Source of the DNA: a virus | DNA length: 64,000 nt | Reading direction: 5' to 3' (one strand) | IMG/VR virus record: IMGVR_UViG_3300025853_000058 | Location: 12,277-76,276 of that record | Part shown: positions 8,473-18,601 of the stretch, piece by piece | Layout of the letters: every line of letters starts with the position of its first letter | How positions within the stretch are numbered: position 1 is the stretch's first letter | Notes under the pieces: generated by a model | What the model was told of the DNA's origin: nothing | What the model saw: only the letters and a program-made list of their open reading frames with translations | Database searches by the model: none | Made by a program: the position numbers and the translations under genes

Positions 8473-10118
8473 CCTTCCATCTCCTTTGCTTTAAATGCCG
8501 CTAATCTAATTGCTTCTCTAGCACTAGCAGTAATACTAGCGGCTAAATCTACATCAGCCCAACCAAATCCTTGATAGGCTACAATTCCGTAAAATGAAGC
8601 CATTAGGCGTTTTACTGCCATTTGATTGTTATGCCACTTTACTTCTTCCTTAGAATCTCCGGCCTCTCTTGCCTGTCGCATGAGCCGCTTATATTCATTC
8701 CGCAAAGTCTTCAATTCAAGAACGGCTCTTGGCAATAAACCAAGTTTATCTGTTTTGTAATAAAGTGTGTGTTCTCTTGTTGTTTCTGAGAAATCTCTTG
8801 GTGTTAGAATATTAACACCAAATTCAGTAGGTTCGTTTGATTTAGTTTCCCATGAAATATTGCGAGCAATCATCATTGATGGGTACAATCCTGCAAAATC
8901 AAAAGCCGCTACATTAAGATGTAGTCCGTTCGTTCCTTCACTAAGAGGGTCATAAATCATAGCACCTTCATAATCCTGTCTTTCAATATTTTTATCACCC
9001 GTTGGTGCTTTCCAAGTAGCATTCCTCATAAAATATATCGAACCCATATTACTTGCATAGAAACAAGATTCAAACGGAGCGCACAGTAATCGCTGTAATG
9101 AGATAATTGCTTCGCTACAAAAGTTTGTTTCATCAATTTCAACCATTAACTCAACATCAACTAAAGCATATTTAAGATATGTTTCTGTATCTTCGAGCCA
9201 AGCCCTGCGATAAAATTCATTTGGGTCTGGGAATTTCTTAGACACTAACTTAGTTTTACCAAGAACTTCTTCAGAAATATAGTTTAAAGACATTGATGGT
9301 AATGTTCCTCTTTGTGAATCATTCCACTGTCGCTCAAAAGCAAGGTCTAAATTGAGGGTTATGCGGCCCCCTATGGGCTGTTGGACCGGACTGAACCCAC
9401 TTTCACCTTTAGTGAAAACAAGGCCGTTAGGGGTCTTCTTTACCCCTTCTATGCGGTTAATTGGTGACATGAGCATGGGGTTAATTCCCAAAGCACAGCA
9501 CCTTTCAAGCAATTTTGGAATATCTGCAAAATTACCAAACCATGCAATTAACATATCGGGGTCTTTATTTACCATAACTCGAATAAAGGATTCAATCATT
9601 TCCTTTTCATCATCAAAGAACAACGGTTGCTCTCCTTCATAATTAGGGAACCAAGCCCATTGATAGTATTCTTTATCATAATTATCGTACATTACAATAG
9701 TAGTAATTTCATCATGGTGTTCTCCACCTTGTTGCCATTCCATATCCCAATACCATTTACGAAGTTCGTATTCCGGCATTTCGTGAATCTTATCAACAGC
9801 ATATCTGTTAGTAATAGAAACATCTGCTTCAAAGGTCTTGTTCCATTTTTTACGGGCTTTGTAAATATCACTAGCCTTTTCAACAACAACCTTTTGTAAA
9901 GGCTTACCTTGCAAAGAAACCCAATCGCCTTTAATATACTTAAATGGTCGGGTAATGTGACGGCTTGCTGAATAATCATCAAACCTAAACTCTCCGTCTT
10001 CTATAAAGAAGTAAGGGTCGAAAGCCTCAAGTTTAAATTTACGCTCGCCATTTTCTCGCCATGCTGTGTATATGTGTTTTTCGTCTAAGCATTTACTAAT
10101 TATCATTTTAATTACCAC
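8469..10118 (-). CDS. polB: family B DNA polymerase, N-terminal half (3'-5' exonuclease, motifs A and B)
   Basis: ExoI WDME, ExoIII YALVD, motif A DFAGLYPS, motif B KRLMASFYG. Confidence 0.92.
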   Translation of the reverse strand: MVIKMIISKCLDEKHIYTAWRENGERKFKLEAFDPYFFIEDGEFRFDDYSASRHITRPFKYIKGDWVSLQGKPLQKVVVEKASDIYKARKKWNKTFEADVSITNRYAVDKIHEMPEYELRKWYWDMEWQQGGEHHDEITTIVMYDNYDKEYYQWAWFPNYEGEQPLFFDDEKEMIESFIRVMVNKDPDMLIAWFGNFADIPKLLERCCALGINPMLMSPINRIEGVKKTPNGLVFTKGESGFSPVQQPIGGRITLNLDLAFERQWNDSQRGTLPSMSLNYISEEVLGKTKLVSKKFPDPNEFYRRAWLEDTETYLKYALVDVELMVEIDETNFCSEAIISLQRLLCAPFESCFYASNMGSIYFMRNATWKAPTGDKNIERQDYEGAMIYDPLSEGTNGLHLNVAAFDFAGLYPSMMIARNISWETKSNEPTEFGVNILTPRDFSETTREHTLYYKTDKLGLLPRAVLELKTLRNEYKRLMRQAREAGDSKEEVKWHNNQMAVKRLMASFYGIVAYQGFGWADVDLAASITASAREAIRLAAFKAKEMEG

Positions 10119-10875
10119 CGGTATAGGGTGCTTTTAATATCTTTCTGTTGTTGGCTACAATGAGCAAAGGAAACTCATCTTTTACATAAAAGTTAAGTTC
10201 TTGTCCTTTCTCAAAGAATCTGTGTAATGGGCCGGAATATTCCAATGTTGCCGCATCTCCAATATGTGATTCTAATTCGAATTTTTCTTCGTATTTGTTA
10301 GAAACACTAGTCGTGCTTGAGAAGGTTAATTCACCATTTTCAAAGTTCAATTTGAATACTCCACTCTTAACTAATTCACAAAGACTAATTGCTTCATTGA
10401 AATCATCTCTATTTAATTTAAAAGCACCTTCAAACTTTGAAGAACCAAAAGCCCAAAGTTTTTCTAGTTCCTCTTCATAAGAAATATGTTTTACCATTTC
10501 ACGAATACGGGTGATGGCTTCCATGTTTGGGTGATTAACAACCATAGGTAAAGAAGCAACTTTACTTCCAGAAGTTAATTTCAAAAAGTCACCGGTTTCA
10601 AAATGTACTGCTTCACCAAACTTTTTCAAATAAGGAATAATTAAATCTGCATTACCTATGAAAGAACCATTCTCAATACCAGCAACCGTTAAAGTGATAT
10701 TCATACCGAATGTCAAGTCACCATTCCACAAATCTAAATTGTTTCCTTCGAGTACCATATAAAAATAGTTTCCCATTTTAGATGAACTAAGACCACCATT
10801 ACCAAGATACTTTCCTTTACCCTGAATGTCTGTCAAAGCATTTTCCATCTGTTTGTTATCTACTGCAAATTTCAA
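10108..10875 (-). CDS. pcn: sliding clamp (PCNA-like)
   Basis: 255 aa, two-domain alpha/beta periodicity, C-terminal 'FPLLI..NRKILKAP', adjacent to polB and near RFC. Confidence 0.65.
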   Translation of the reverse strand: MKFAVDNKQMENALTDIQGKGKYLGNGGLSSSKMGNYFYMVLEGNNLDLWNGDLTFGMNITLTVAGIENGSFIGNADLIIPYLKKFGEAVHFETGDFLKLTSGSKVASLPMVVNHPNMEAITRIREMVKHISYEEELEKLWAFGSSKFEGAFKLNRDDFNEAISLCELVKSGVFKLNFENGELTFSSTTSVSNKYEEKFELESHIGDAATLEYSGPLHRFFEKGQELNFYVKDEFPLLIVANNRKILKAPYTGGN

Positions 10876-11645
10876 ATCTTTCCCTCCCTTAATTCAGGAA
10901 CACCGTTCCATTGAATATTAGGGGGAGTTCCTTCACGCACAGTCCATTTCTTTCCAACTAAATTACCGTTGGTTCTAGAAGCCATTAATTCAGCAGTAAA
11001 ATGCAACTCGTTCTTTACCTTCTTCTTTGAGCAGTAAATCTCTTGTTCCAACATTCCTCCCCAATTTCTCCAAACAGGTCGCACACCAACAGCAATATTA
11101 TCAATATACTTTTCTGCTTCATGGGTAATATAAACTACATCGCAATTCATATTGAAAATCATCCTCATTAAAGTATCGAATGTTTTATTCCTATTACCAT
11201 ACTGAAACGGCATAATCTTTGTCACCACTCTTGGGTTAGGATTAACTTTTAACATACAACTTTCAAACCAAGTATCGACGCCATCTATGACGAATACAAT
11301 ATCTTCACCTGCTTCCATTTGTTCTTTAGCAAAGGTAATAAAATCCTCGGAATTTTTTTCACTTTTATCAAAATCTATAATGTTATCTTTTCGCATTACA
11401 ATAGGGCAATATACATTGATTCGTTCTGTTGCATCATGACAGGTTTTATGTGTTGAATCTGCGCCATTATCCCAATCAAGAACATAAATGTTCTTATCGG
11501 GGAAGTCTAATGCAATTCCTGTTTTTCCGGTTTTGGGTTCTCCCCAAATACCTAATACCAATCGTGGTTTTCGTTGCGCTCTTTTTTGAGCCATCAATTC
11601 TTTAAAATTTGTTTTTTCTTTCTTATTCCCTAGCAAGCCAATCAC
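10872..11645 (-). CDS. RecA-fold ATPase (AAA_24/Sak4-like recombination protein)
   Basis: WGEPKTGKT, VLDWDNG, VIDGVD, YITHE. Confidence 0.7.
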   Translation of the reverse strand: MIGLLGNKKEKTNFKELMAQKRAQRKPRLVLGIWGEPKTGKTGIALDFPDKNIYVLDWDNGADSTHKTCHDATERINVYCPIVMRKDNIIDFDKSEKNSEDFITFAKEQMEAGEDIVFVIDGVDTWFESCMLKVNPNPRVVTKIMPFQYGNRNKTFDTLMRMIFNMNCDVVYITHEAEKYIDNIAVGVRPVWRNWGGMLEQEIYCSKKKVKNELHFTAELMASRTNGNLVGKKWTVREGTPPNIQWNGVPELREGKI

Positions 11646-11889
11646 CTATATCATTTTCATCTATATCTACATCTTTACCATTAGCGGCACACCAAGATTT
11701 GATAATACCAAGTAGTTCATTCTTCGATGAGCAAATAAACCTTGTTTCCTTAGTTCCAATGTGGAACTTCATAAAGTATTCACCCTTCCTTTTATCATTT
11801 TCATTCCAAGTTAAAAAGTCAACCTTTTGCAAATCTGCAATATAACTTTCTCCCTTTAGAATGAATTTATTTTCTATTACATCATTCAT
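11623..11889 (-). CDS. hypothetical protein
   Basis: ORF with GGAGG SD in operon. Confidence 0.55.
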   Translation of the reverse strand: MNDVIENKFILKGESYIADLQKVDFLTWNENDKRKGEYFMKFHIGTKETRFICSSKNELLGIIKSWCAANGKDVDIDENDIGDWLARE

Positions 11890-11986
11890 TTATTTTTCCT
11901 CCTTAGAGAGTAGGCATCGCACCTACCCGAATGTCATTCATTGGAATACACTTACACACGCACTTAAGAATATTAGTTTAACTTAC

Positions 11987-13210
11987 TCAAAACCAATCGT
12001 AAGATTCTTCAACCGGAGAATTGACTTCAACCGGAGAACCTCGCTTTTCAGTCACAAGAACTGCTGATACATTGATAGTCACAGGTTCTGCAACGCCATC
12101 AATCATTCTTTGAGAAGTTCTACCAACAACAATAACTGAAGAACCAATACCAAAATCAATATCAATGTGTTCAGGAATCCAACAAGTAGTCATGTTAGAT
12201 TCATTCTCGTAGTCAAATTCAGCATTCAAATCAGTAATATTCAAAATACGATTGCCGTTTGAAGTAGGCATCATATTCATATTACACACAGTACCATCGG
12301 TGACGACAAAGCGTTCCTTTGAAGGAAGAGTTTGCATTGTGATATGCGCCCTATCAATTTCAACTAATGGTGATAGATGCTTTTCATACGCTTGAGCAAG
12401 CGTACTAACAAAGTCAAATTCAGAAACATCTCGATAGTCTGAGTTTTCTGGGTCCAATTCAGAATTGGCAATTAGACTGTTCTTTGTTGTCATAGTCATT
12501 CCGTAGAGATTAGTTCCGTCATCGGAAGGAATTGCAACAAAGTGCATGAACTCATAACAATTAGGAGTAAATTCAACTCCGCCTTGATTCTTGTATGAGA
12601 ATTGATATGACTTCATTTCGCCACCATCAACACTTCCATAGAAGATACCACTTCGTCGCATTTGTTCCAAAGGCAAAGGCTTACCATAATTACGGTTTTC
12701 TCCACCATTCATGTATGCTTTGGTATTATCCAAAGGAATGACCATTACACCATCTGGCATTTCTTCCGCACCTTCCGGTAAATCAGCAACCATTCGTTCT
12801 TGATATTCACCATTATGATAACGGCTAATCATCCACTTACCCAAAGCATTTTGAGTAGCAATTGCTACATGGCCTTCATTCAAAGCATTATCCGAATCAC
12901 GGTTGTATTCTTCCTTTGCTCTATTACGGTTCCAACTCATCATATCTCTTGGTGCTTCCAAAGCAACAAAGAAACCAAAGCACTGCTTAGTTAGAGAATT
13001 ACTTCCAGAACTTTGCGTTGTTTGACCTTGTTTTGAGCGACGAATAACTTGTGCGGCAAAATTTCGCCAAAGGCCCAAACCTAAGTTATCATTTACCTCA
13101 ATGTTATTCTCAGCACAAATGCTGGTGTATTTTTCAGTTGCTTCCTCCACAGTCATATTCATGTGTTGTGCGCTCTTTTCTATTTCGTTTTGCATTATTT
13201 CGCTTAACAT
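11987..13210 (-). CDS. putative OB-fold ssDNA-binding (RPA-like) protein
   Basis: C-terminal OB-like 'VVTDGTV...ILNITD...GSSVIVVGRT', acidic tail ending WF; replication cluster context. Confidence 0.5.
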   Translation of the reverse strand: MLSEIMQNEIEKSAQHMNMTVEEATEKYTSICAENNIEVNDNLGLGLWRNFAAQVIRRSKQGQTTQSSGSNSLTKQCFGFFVALEAPRDMMSWNRNRAKEEYNRDSDNALNEGHVAIATQNALGKWMISRYHNGEYQERMVADLPEGAEEMPDGVMVIPLDNTKAYMNGGENRNYGKPLPLEQMRRSGIFYGSVDGGEMKSYQFSYKNQGGVEFTPNCYEFMHFVAIPSDDGTNLYGMTMTTKNSLIANSELDPENSDYRDVSEFDFVSTLAQAYEKHLSPLVEIDRAHITMQTLPSKERFVVTDGTVCNMNMMPTSNGNRILNITDLNAEFDYENESNMTTCWIPEHIDIDFGIGSSVIVVGRTSQRMIDGVAEPVTINVSAVLVTEKRGSPVEVNSPVEESYDWF

Positions 13211-13229
13211 ATTTTCACTTCCTTTTTTT

Positions 13230-14150
13230 TCAGATTAGTTGTCCAACCATCCATGATAGTAATACTTTCGGAGTCATGGTAGTTGAACGATATTCGCTTT
13301 CTCCGACTGTTCTTAACAGTTTATACTTGGTAGTATTATCCAAGCCATCCGAAGCAATTACAGCATTATGCAAACCTAAACAGATTTGTTTAACGCTACG
13401 ACCTTCATAAATAATTTTATGAAGGTCTGCAAGTGCTTTGTTTGGATTCTTATTTAAGATTTCAATTAGTATTTCATTGTATTCCTGATGAGATGTTTCG
13501 ATTTGTTTTGATAACGAGAAGCCCGATGATTTGGCCGCTTGTATCTCAGTAATCGCCCTGCGTAAGTCACCATCCACCTCATATATGAAGGTTGCCAACT
13601 CATCATCAGCAAAGACATTTATTTGCTCTTTTTGAAGTATTGATTTGATTACTTCAAAAATGACTTCATTAGTGAGTGGCTTAAAATGATAGTTAGCACA
13701 CCTGCTTTGTAATGCGTGGATGATTTTACTTCTATCATTACAAGTGATAATGAATCTAATATTAGACGCATAACGCTCCATGATTCTTTTCAGTGCGTTC
13801 TGTGCATCATTAGTCATACCATCCATCTCATCTAATAACATTATTCTAAATGCTACATCTCCTATTGTTCCACTTTGTGCAACATTTTTAATCATAGTTC
13901 TAACTGTTTCAAGTCGTCTATCATCGGAAGCATTTACTTCTACATAGTTATCTTTGAATCTATCCTTCAAGAAATCCTTCGCTAACGCAATTGCCGCACC
14001 TGTTTTACCATTTCCGGGATTTCCGTATAATAAAACATTAGGCATATTATTTTCTTCAACCCAACTTTGGGCATCCATAACAAAGTGTTCTTGTCCTACA
14101 ATTTCTCCAATCTTATTGGGCCGGTATTTTTCTGTCCATAACATTTTCAT
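13230..14150 (-). CDS. rfcS: replication factor C small subunit (clamp loader)
   Basis: WTEKYRP, GNPGNGKT, NASDDR, LDEMD, QNALKR, SRC. Confidence 0.95.
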   Translation of the reverse strand: MKMLWTEKYRPNKIGEIVGQEHFVMDAQSWVEENNMPNVLLYGNPGNGKTGAAIALAKDFLKDRFKDNYVEVNASDDRRLETVRTMIKNVAQSGTIGDVAFRIMLLDEMDGMTNDAQNALKRIMERYASNIRFIITCNDRSKIIHALQSRCANYHFKPLTNEVIFEVIKSILQKEQINVFADDELATFIYEVDGDLRRAITEIQAAKSSGFSLSKQIETSHQEYNEILIEILNKNPNKALADLHKIIYEGRSVKQICLGLHNAVIASDGLDNTTKYKLLRTVGESEYRSTTMTPKVLLSWMVGQLI

Positions 14151-14409
14151 CTTCCTCTTTTAATTTCCATATTGTTTGTTTGGTTTCATTACAGAAACCG
14201 TTTTTAGTTGCCATACCTCTAAGAAGCATAGCAAGTTGTGTGATAGTCGGGTTATCATGCCTTGTGTTAGTTTTCAATTTTTTTCTTCCCTTTCTATATC
14301 CTGTAATAGAAGGTCTAGTTTCTAACTCAAACATAACTTCCGATGTTGTTAGTTCTCTATTTTCTTCTAAAATAATTTTTATTCTTTCTTTAAGTCTTTT
14401 TTGTTTCAT
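14113..14409 (-). CDS. wHTH-like DNA-binding protein
   Basis: Basic protein; 'LTTSEVM..L...PTITQLAMLL...IWKL'. Confidence 0.5.
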   Translation of the reverse strand: MKQKRLKERIKIILEENRELTTSEVMFELETRPSITGYRKGRKKLKTNTRHDNPTITQLAMLLRGMATKNGFCNETKQTIWKLKEEDENVMDRKIPAQ

Positions 14410-15260
14410 AGGTAATCCCCCAATGTTGTTTGCTGAACCTTAATAGGGTCAGTCTTTTTTCTTCTTCTCTTTTCTCCTAATTTTAGGATACGACATTCGC
14501 CGTTATTTAACTTAGATTTTGCATACGCTACAAATTCTTCGTCCTTAACAAATTGCTTAAGCAATCTTTCTTCCCCTGTTTTAATACCCACTCTCTTAAT
14601 TAGTTTGGGTTTCTGTGAATACTTCCCACGCTTAGGCATTTTTACCTGTCCTAAAGTTTTACCTCCATGACAGTATGCCAACATTTCGTAAAAGTAAATC
14701 TGTGACCATCTTCGTTTAACTACACCATCAACAAATAATAATTTGTTTGGGTGCATATTCTCAACTAACCAAGACAACACTTGAGTATCGGAAGGTTTGT
14801 TGTGTTTTAATATCTTTGCCACTAAATCTCTATCTGATTCTTTTAGAAACATAGAAACCAATGAATAGGTGTCTTGGTCAAGAGTTAGAGGTTCTTGTGA
14901 GCGAGGTGCTATATCTAATACTTTCTCTCTAAGAAACTTATTAGAACCTGCTCTTTTAATCTGACACATTGCTTTAATGTCTTTAGGTACAGACTTCTCA
15001 TTCAAAGAAGTGATTATAACTTGACCTCTAAACTTTCTAAGAACATTGAGAATAGCATCCTTCTTTGGTTTAATATGAATATCTTCAATAATGATACCGT
15101 TATCTATTGGTAGAGAGCCTAAATCTTTAATGTCCATTTCATCAGCATAGCAAAGAAAAGCATCGGGTAGCATACTTCTTGCCTTTGTAGTTTTACCTGT
15201 GCCTGTCTTTCCGGTTAAGAGTATTGGTCTTTTTAAATCCATTGTTGTAAATCCCAACAT
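14406..15260 (-). CDS. rfcL: replication factor C large-subunit-like protein
   Basis: PILLTGKTGTGKTT, WLVEN, C-terminal PIP box QTTLGDYL. Confidence 0.75.
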   Translation of the reverse strand: MLGFTTMDLKRPILLTGKTGTGKTTKARSMLPDAFLCYADEMDIKDLGSLPIDNGIIIEDIHIKPKKDAILNVLRKFRGQVIITSLNEKSVPKDIKAMCQIKRAGSNKFLREKVLDIAPRSQEPLTLDQDTYSLVSMFLKESDRDLVAKILKHNKPSDTQVLSWLVENMHPNKLLFVDGVVKRRWSQIYFYEMLAYCHGGKTLGQVKMPKRGKYSQKPKLIKRVGIKTGEERLLKQFVKDEEFVAYAKSKLNNGECRILKLGEKRRRKKTDPIKVQQTTLGDYL

Positions 15261-15661
15261 TAAACCCCCTTCAACTCAAAAAGTCTTTCAAGACCTTCTA
15301 ATTGCAAGTGGCGACCATTGGAAACAATGTCCACACATTCTCTAAATGTAGTCCACTCATTGTTAGCATCAGGTAGTTCTTCGGGTACTAACTGCATCAA
15401 CTTAAACAATGTCTTTATTCCCCCTATTCTAAGGATAGGTCTTGGCCTACCTTTATGTTCTGCTTCTTTATACTTAGAATCAATTTGATGTTGTTCAAGA
15501 CTTCTCTTTATAGCAAGAAGAAAATCACTGTCTGCTCTCAAGTTAATTCTAAGTCTTACTCTATACCCTATTTGAGAAGTATCATTTTTTTCTAGGTAAA
15601 TGTCAGTTTTAGACATTCCTAACATAATTCCTATTAACATATCTTTACTATACATATTCAT
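15260..15661 (-). CDS. degenerate LAGLIDADG-fold protein
   Basis: GYRVRLRINL..DSDFLLAIKRSL...H..LEGL resembles single-domain LAGLIDADG; acidic catalytic motif not evident. Confidence 0.5.
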   Translation of the reverse strand: MNMYSKDMLIGIMLGMSKTDIYLEKNDTSQIGYRVRLRINLRADSDFLLAIKRSLEQHQIDSKYKEAEHKGRPRPILRIGGIKTLFKLMQLVPEELPDANNEWTTFRECVDIVSNGRHLQLEGLERLFELKGV

Positions 15662-16107
15662 TCCTCTTTCTTTGCATAATCATTATGGTCGGGCCAATAG
15701 CCTTCAACTTGCATATTAGTTTCCAACCAAAAGAAGTGAGCCGCTTCAATGGTATCTTTACCACGAATTACAGCATTTCTTTCAGCATTAGCAACCATGT
15801 TTCGTATGGCGGTATCTGTCCATTCCTTCAATAGCCTAATTGCACCATGACTGATTGATAAATCAGTTTCACTCGTAGCAATCTTACGAAGACTGAAAGT
15901 AGTATTCATCTTGTATTTTTCAGCAGGTTCCGGTTCGGGTGTAATAAACTCTTTATCTTTGAAATAAGGAACAAGCGTTGCCTTCATCTTTTTTGGCCTA
16001 CCTTGTGTTGTAGTCACATCTTTTAAATGAGCATACCCGTCTTTATCAATATCAATACATGAGTATGTCTTAAAGTCAATTACTGTTAATCCTCCTACTT
16101 CAATCAT
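15658..16107 (-). CDS. protein with C-terminal archaeal histone fold
   Basis: LRKIA...ISHGAIRLLKEW...AERNAVIRGKDTIEAAH aligns by eye with HMf-type 'RII...VSDDA..L......A..LA.HAGRKTIKAED'. Confidence 0.6.
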   Translation of the reverse strand: MIEVGGLTVIDFKTYSCIDIDKDGYAHLKDVTTTQGRPKKMKATLVPYFKDKEFITPEPEPAEKYKMNTTFSLRKIATSETDLSISHGAIRLLKEWTDTAIRNMVANAERNAVIRGKDTIEAAHFFWLETNMQVEGYWPDHNDYAKKEE

Positions 16108-17633
16108 TTCAATCTCTCCACATCTTCAATAGTGTTAATGTCTGCTACGAACTTATCGTCACGGATTCTTTTCATCCGAGGGAAACGCAAACCAATATTT
16201 CCCTTTGCATCAGTGCTAACCAAATCGGCCTTTACTTCCAAAACAATTCTTGGAAGGAACTCATATCGTCCATCAGAAAAGTTTTCCACAATCTTTCTAA
16301 GTTGTCCGGTTAATGTAATTAGTTGTAAATCGGAAAAGCCCGTACCAATTGAACCTATGTTTGTAAAACCATTATCAGACTTTACTCCGATTTCAAATGT
16401 ACCAAATACATTTGACCTACGACCTTCCCCATAAGATGCCGCAAGAATAACCACATCTAATTCAATTTGTGGCGGTTTGTATTTTGCCCAACCTGTGCTT
16501 CTTTTGCCCGCTTCGTATGGCATAGAAGCATCCTTTACAATAATACCTTCAAACCCATCATTTATTGCTTGATGGTAAAAAGCCATAACATCTCCTTCTT
16601 TATCCATACGGTGCGCTTGGTCTGGGTTTGATTTAAAAATCTCTAATCGTTCAAAATAAGATAAGTCCATAAGGGTGCGCTCTCCCCACTTCAAACAGTC
16701 GAAGATAACCCACCGTACCGGCACTCTATTCATGGCCTCGGTATGGTCTTTAGAATGCACTCTCGTACCCATTTTCTTATGCTCATCGGGCGTTCCGTCC
16801 TCTTTGATTGGGTAGATTTCACCGTCGAAAATCGCTTGCATAACTTCGTAATTACTTATGAGTTCTGCAACATCAGCGAATTGAGGGGTCACGATATTAC
16901 CTTTACGATTAAAGATAATTACATCTTCTCCATCTTTGTGGATTTGATACCTATTACCATCATACTTATAATCAACGATTCTGTTTTTAGGCCACTTATT
17001 CATAGGCACTTCTTTTGCTAGCATAGGTTTAATGAACTTACCATGAGTTAAATTACACGGAGGTTCTTCTCCACGCTCATAGTGAGATACTACGCTTTCG
17101 ATTGAATTAAAATTACAATGCTTCTTAACGATAGCCTGTTTCTTATTAAAGTGCTTTGCAATAATTTTCTTTACTACTCCATCCCGCAAACCATTTCTTG
17201 TTGTTTTCAACCAATAGCGAATGAACCATTTTGCTTCTAAGGCAGATAAGTCTGCTAAGAAAGAATCAACTGTTCTATACGCCTCGGAATCTACACCTGC
17301 ACAATCTAATGAAAGAATCCTGTAAAATGTAGCAAGACTGTGTTCTGTTTGAGTCACTGCTGATGGGTCAAGATAATAAATAGCATCGCCTAAATCATCA
17401 TGGACATTATATTCTTGTTCGATTTCATCATCAAAACAGTTATACATTTTAGTTAGCCACTTCTTTGCTTTCGCAAGCCCAATATTATTGGATGGGTATT
17501 CTTGCGAAAGAATAGCAAAGAATGTTGCTTTGTCTTCAAAATTCTCCAGTTCCCTCGAAATTAGCGTTGCTTGTTGTGTTGGAGTCAATAACTCCGTCGC
17601 TTCTAATAATCTCGTAAATTTTTTCATTGTCAT
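16104..17633 (-). CDS. lig: ATP-dependent DNA ligase
   Basis: PMLA, KYDGNR, FDGEI, EGIIVK, WAKYK, LRFPR...R.DK. Confidence 0.95.
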   Translation of the reverse strand: MTMKKFTRLLEATELLTPTQQATLISRELENFEDKATFFAILSQEYPSNNIGLAKAKKWLTKMYNCFDDEIEQEYNVHDDLGDAIYYLDPSAVTQTEHSLATFYRILSLDCAGVDSEAYRTVDSFLADLSALEAKWFIRYWLKTTRNGLRDGVVKKIIAKHFNKKQAIVKKHCNFNSIESVVSHYERGEEPPCNLTHGKFIKPMLAKEVPMNKWPKNRIVDYKYDGNRYQIHKDGEDVIIFNRKGNIVTPQFADVAELISNYEVMQAIFDGEIYPIKEDGTPDEHKKMGTRVHSKDHTEAMNRVPVRWVIFDCLKWGERTLMDLSYFERLEIFKSNPDQAHRMDKEGDVMAFYHQAINDGFEGIIVKDASMPYEAGKRSTGWAKYKPPQIELDVVILAASYGEGRRSNVFGTFEIGVKSDNGFTNIGSIGTGFSDLQLITLTGQLRKIVENFSDGRYEFLPRIVLEVKADLVSTDAKGNIGLRFPRMKRIRDDKFVADINTIEDVERLK

Positions 17634-17746
17634 CTATAATCACTTCTCCTTTGTTTATTTTTATAATTAATTCTTTTAGAAGGTTGCTTATCTTTCCTTC
17701 GTTCTTTTCTGAATAAGACCACATAGCGTTTGCTAAGTATTCCCAA

Positions 17747-18082
17747 TCACTCTTCTTCACTAAGACCACCTATTAATCTTGTGAAATTAACATTCATCAT
17801 GTGAACAGCATTTGCTTCTTGGACTTTATTAAGTGTTAGAAACTTATCTGCCATTGTCATTAGTGTTGCTTGACTGATAAAAATCGCATACTTAGAAAGT
17901 TCTTCGTCTGTTTGTATTTCCCAATACATAACATATGTTGATTTGGTGTATTGGTTAGATTTACTCATTGTAGCAAATTGCTGATTGAATAAATCAAGCC
18001 ATCTACCTTCAAGTTTCTTTCTCATTCCTTTAGCCCAAATGTTCATGGACTTATCTGTTTGCCAATGTTCTTCATAATTCAT
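17747..18082 (-). CDS. hypothetical protein
   Basis: ORF, ATGA-coupled. Confidence 0.55.
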   Translation of the reverse strand: MNYEEHWQTDKSMNIWAKGMRKKLEGRWLDLFNQQFATMSKSNQYTKSTYVMYWEIQTDEELSKYAIFISQATLMTMADKFLTLNKVQEANAVHMMNVNFTRLIGGLSEEE

Positions 18083-18405
18083 TCTTCTTCCTCCTTATTT
18101 TGATTTAGTGCTTGCTTCACAAGAGCCACATTTGTTCTTTCCTGTTCCATGAACAAATTTATGACATTCATAAATTTAATTGAACAACTCTCAATGTGAT
18201 GCTTTTGAACTCTACAACCCTTGCCTGTGTTTGTTTCGTAAAGCATTTGTTCTTCAACATACTGAGCAAATAAATCTACAATAGCACTTGCCTTTGAAGC
18301 AAATCTAGGAACAGCACCGTTTCCATATTGCCTATTTTGATTTGCCTTGCGAACACTTTTTCTTGCCTGTGATTCTGCTATTCTTTTTTCTTGAAATTCA
18401 CTCAT
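18079..18405 (-). CDS. hypothetical protein
   Basis: ORF ending NQNKEEEE. Confidence 0.55.
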   Translation of the reverse strand: MSEFQEKRIAESQARKSVRKANQNRQYGNGAVPRFASKASAIVDLFAQYVEEQMLYETNTGKGCRVQKHHIESCSIKFMNVINLFMEQERTNVALVKQALNQNKEEEE

Positions 18406-18601
18406 CTAAAACCCTCTTTAGTACACTTAATAGTTTCTTTGCTTCTTCCATATTCAAACGAATACCTTTCCTTGTTGGCTTGTTGTTAGAGTGCCAACGA
18501 ATATCCAAGACTTTGATATTGTAATACTCTCCTGTTTTAACAAGAATCTCATCTGTTGAGTTTCTTGCTATTGTTCCTTTGGTTTCAAAATCATCACTCA
18601 T
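18398..18601 (-). CDS. PC4/Sub1-like ssDNA-binding protein
   Basis: VLDIRW...KPTRKGIRL..EE signature. Confidence 0.8.
   Translation of the reverse strand: MSDDFETKGTIARNSTDEILVKTGEYYNIKVLDIRWHSNNKPTRKGIRLNMEEAKKLLSVLKRVLDE

Noticed and set aside
11905-11960. tRNA remnant (GTAGG-TGCGATG-CCTAC T-arm-like hairpin)
   Set aside because: No acceptor, D or anticodon arms could be built; probably a simple intergenic hairpin.
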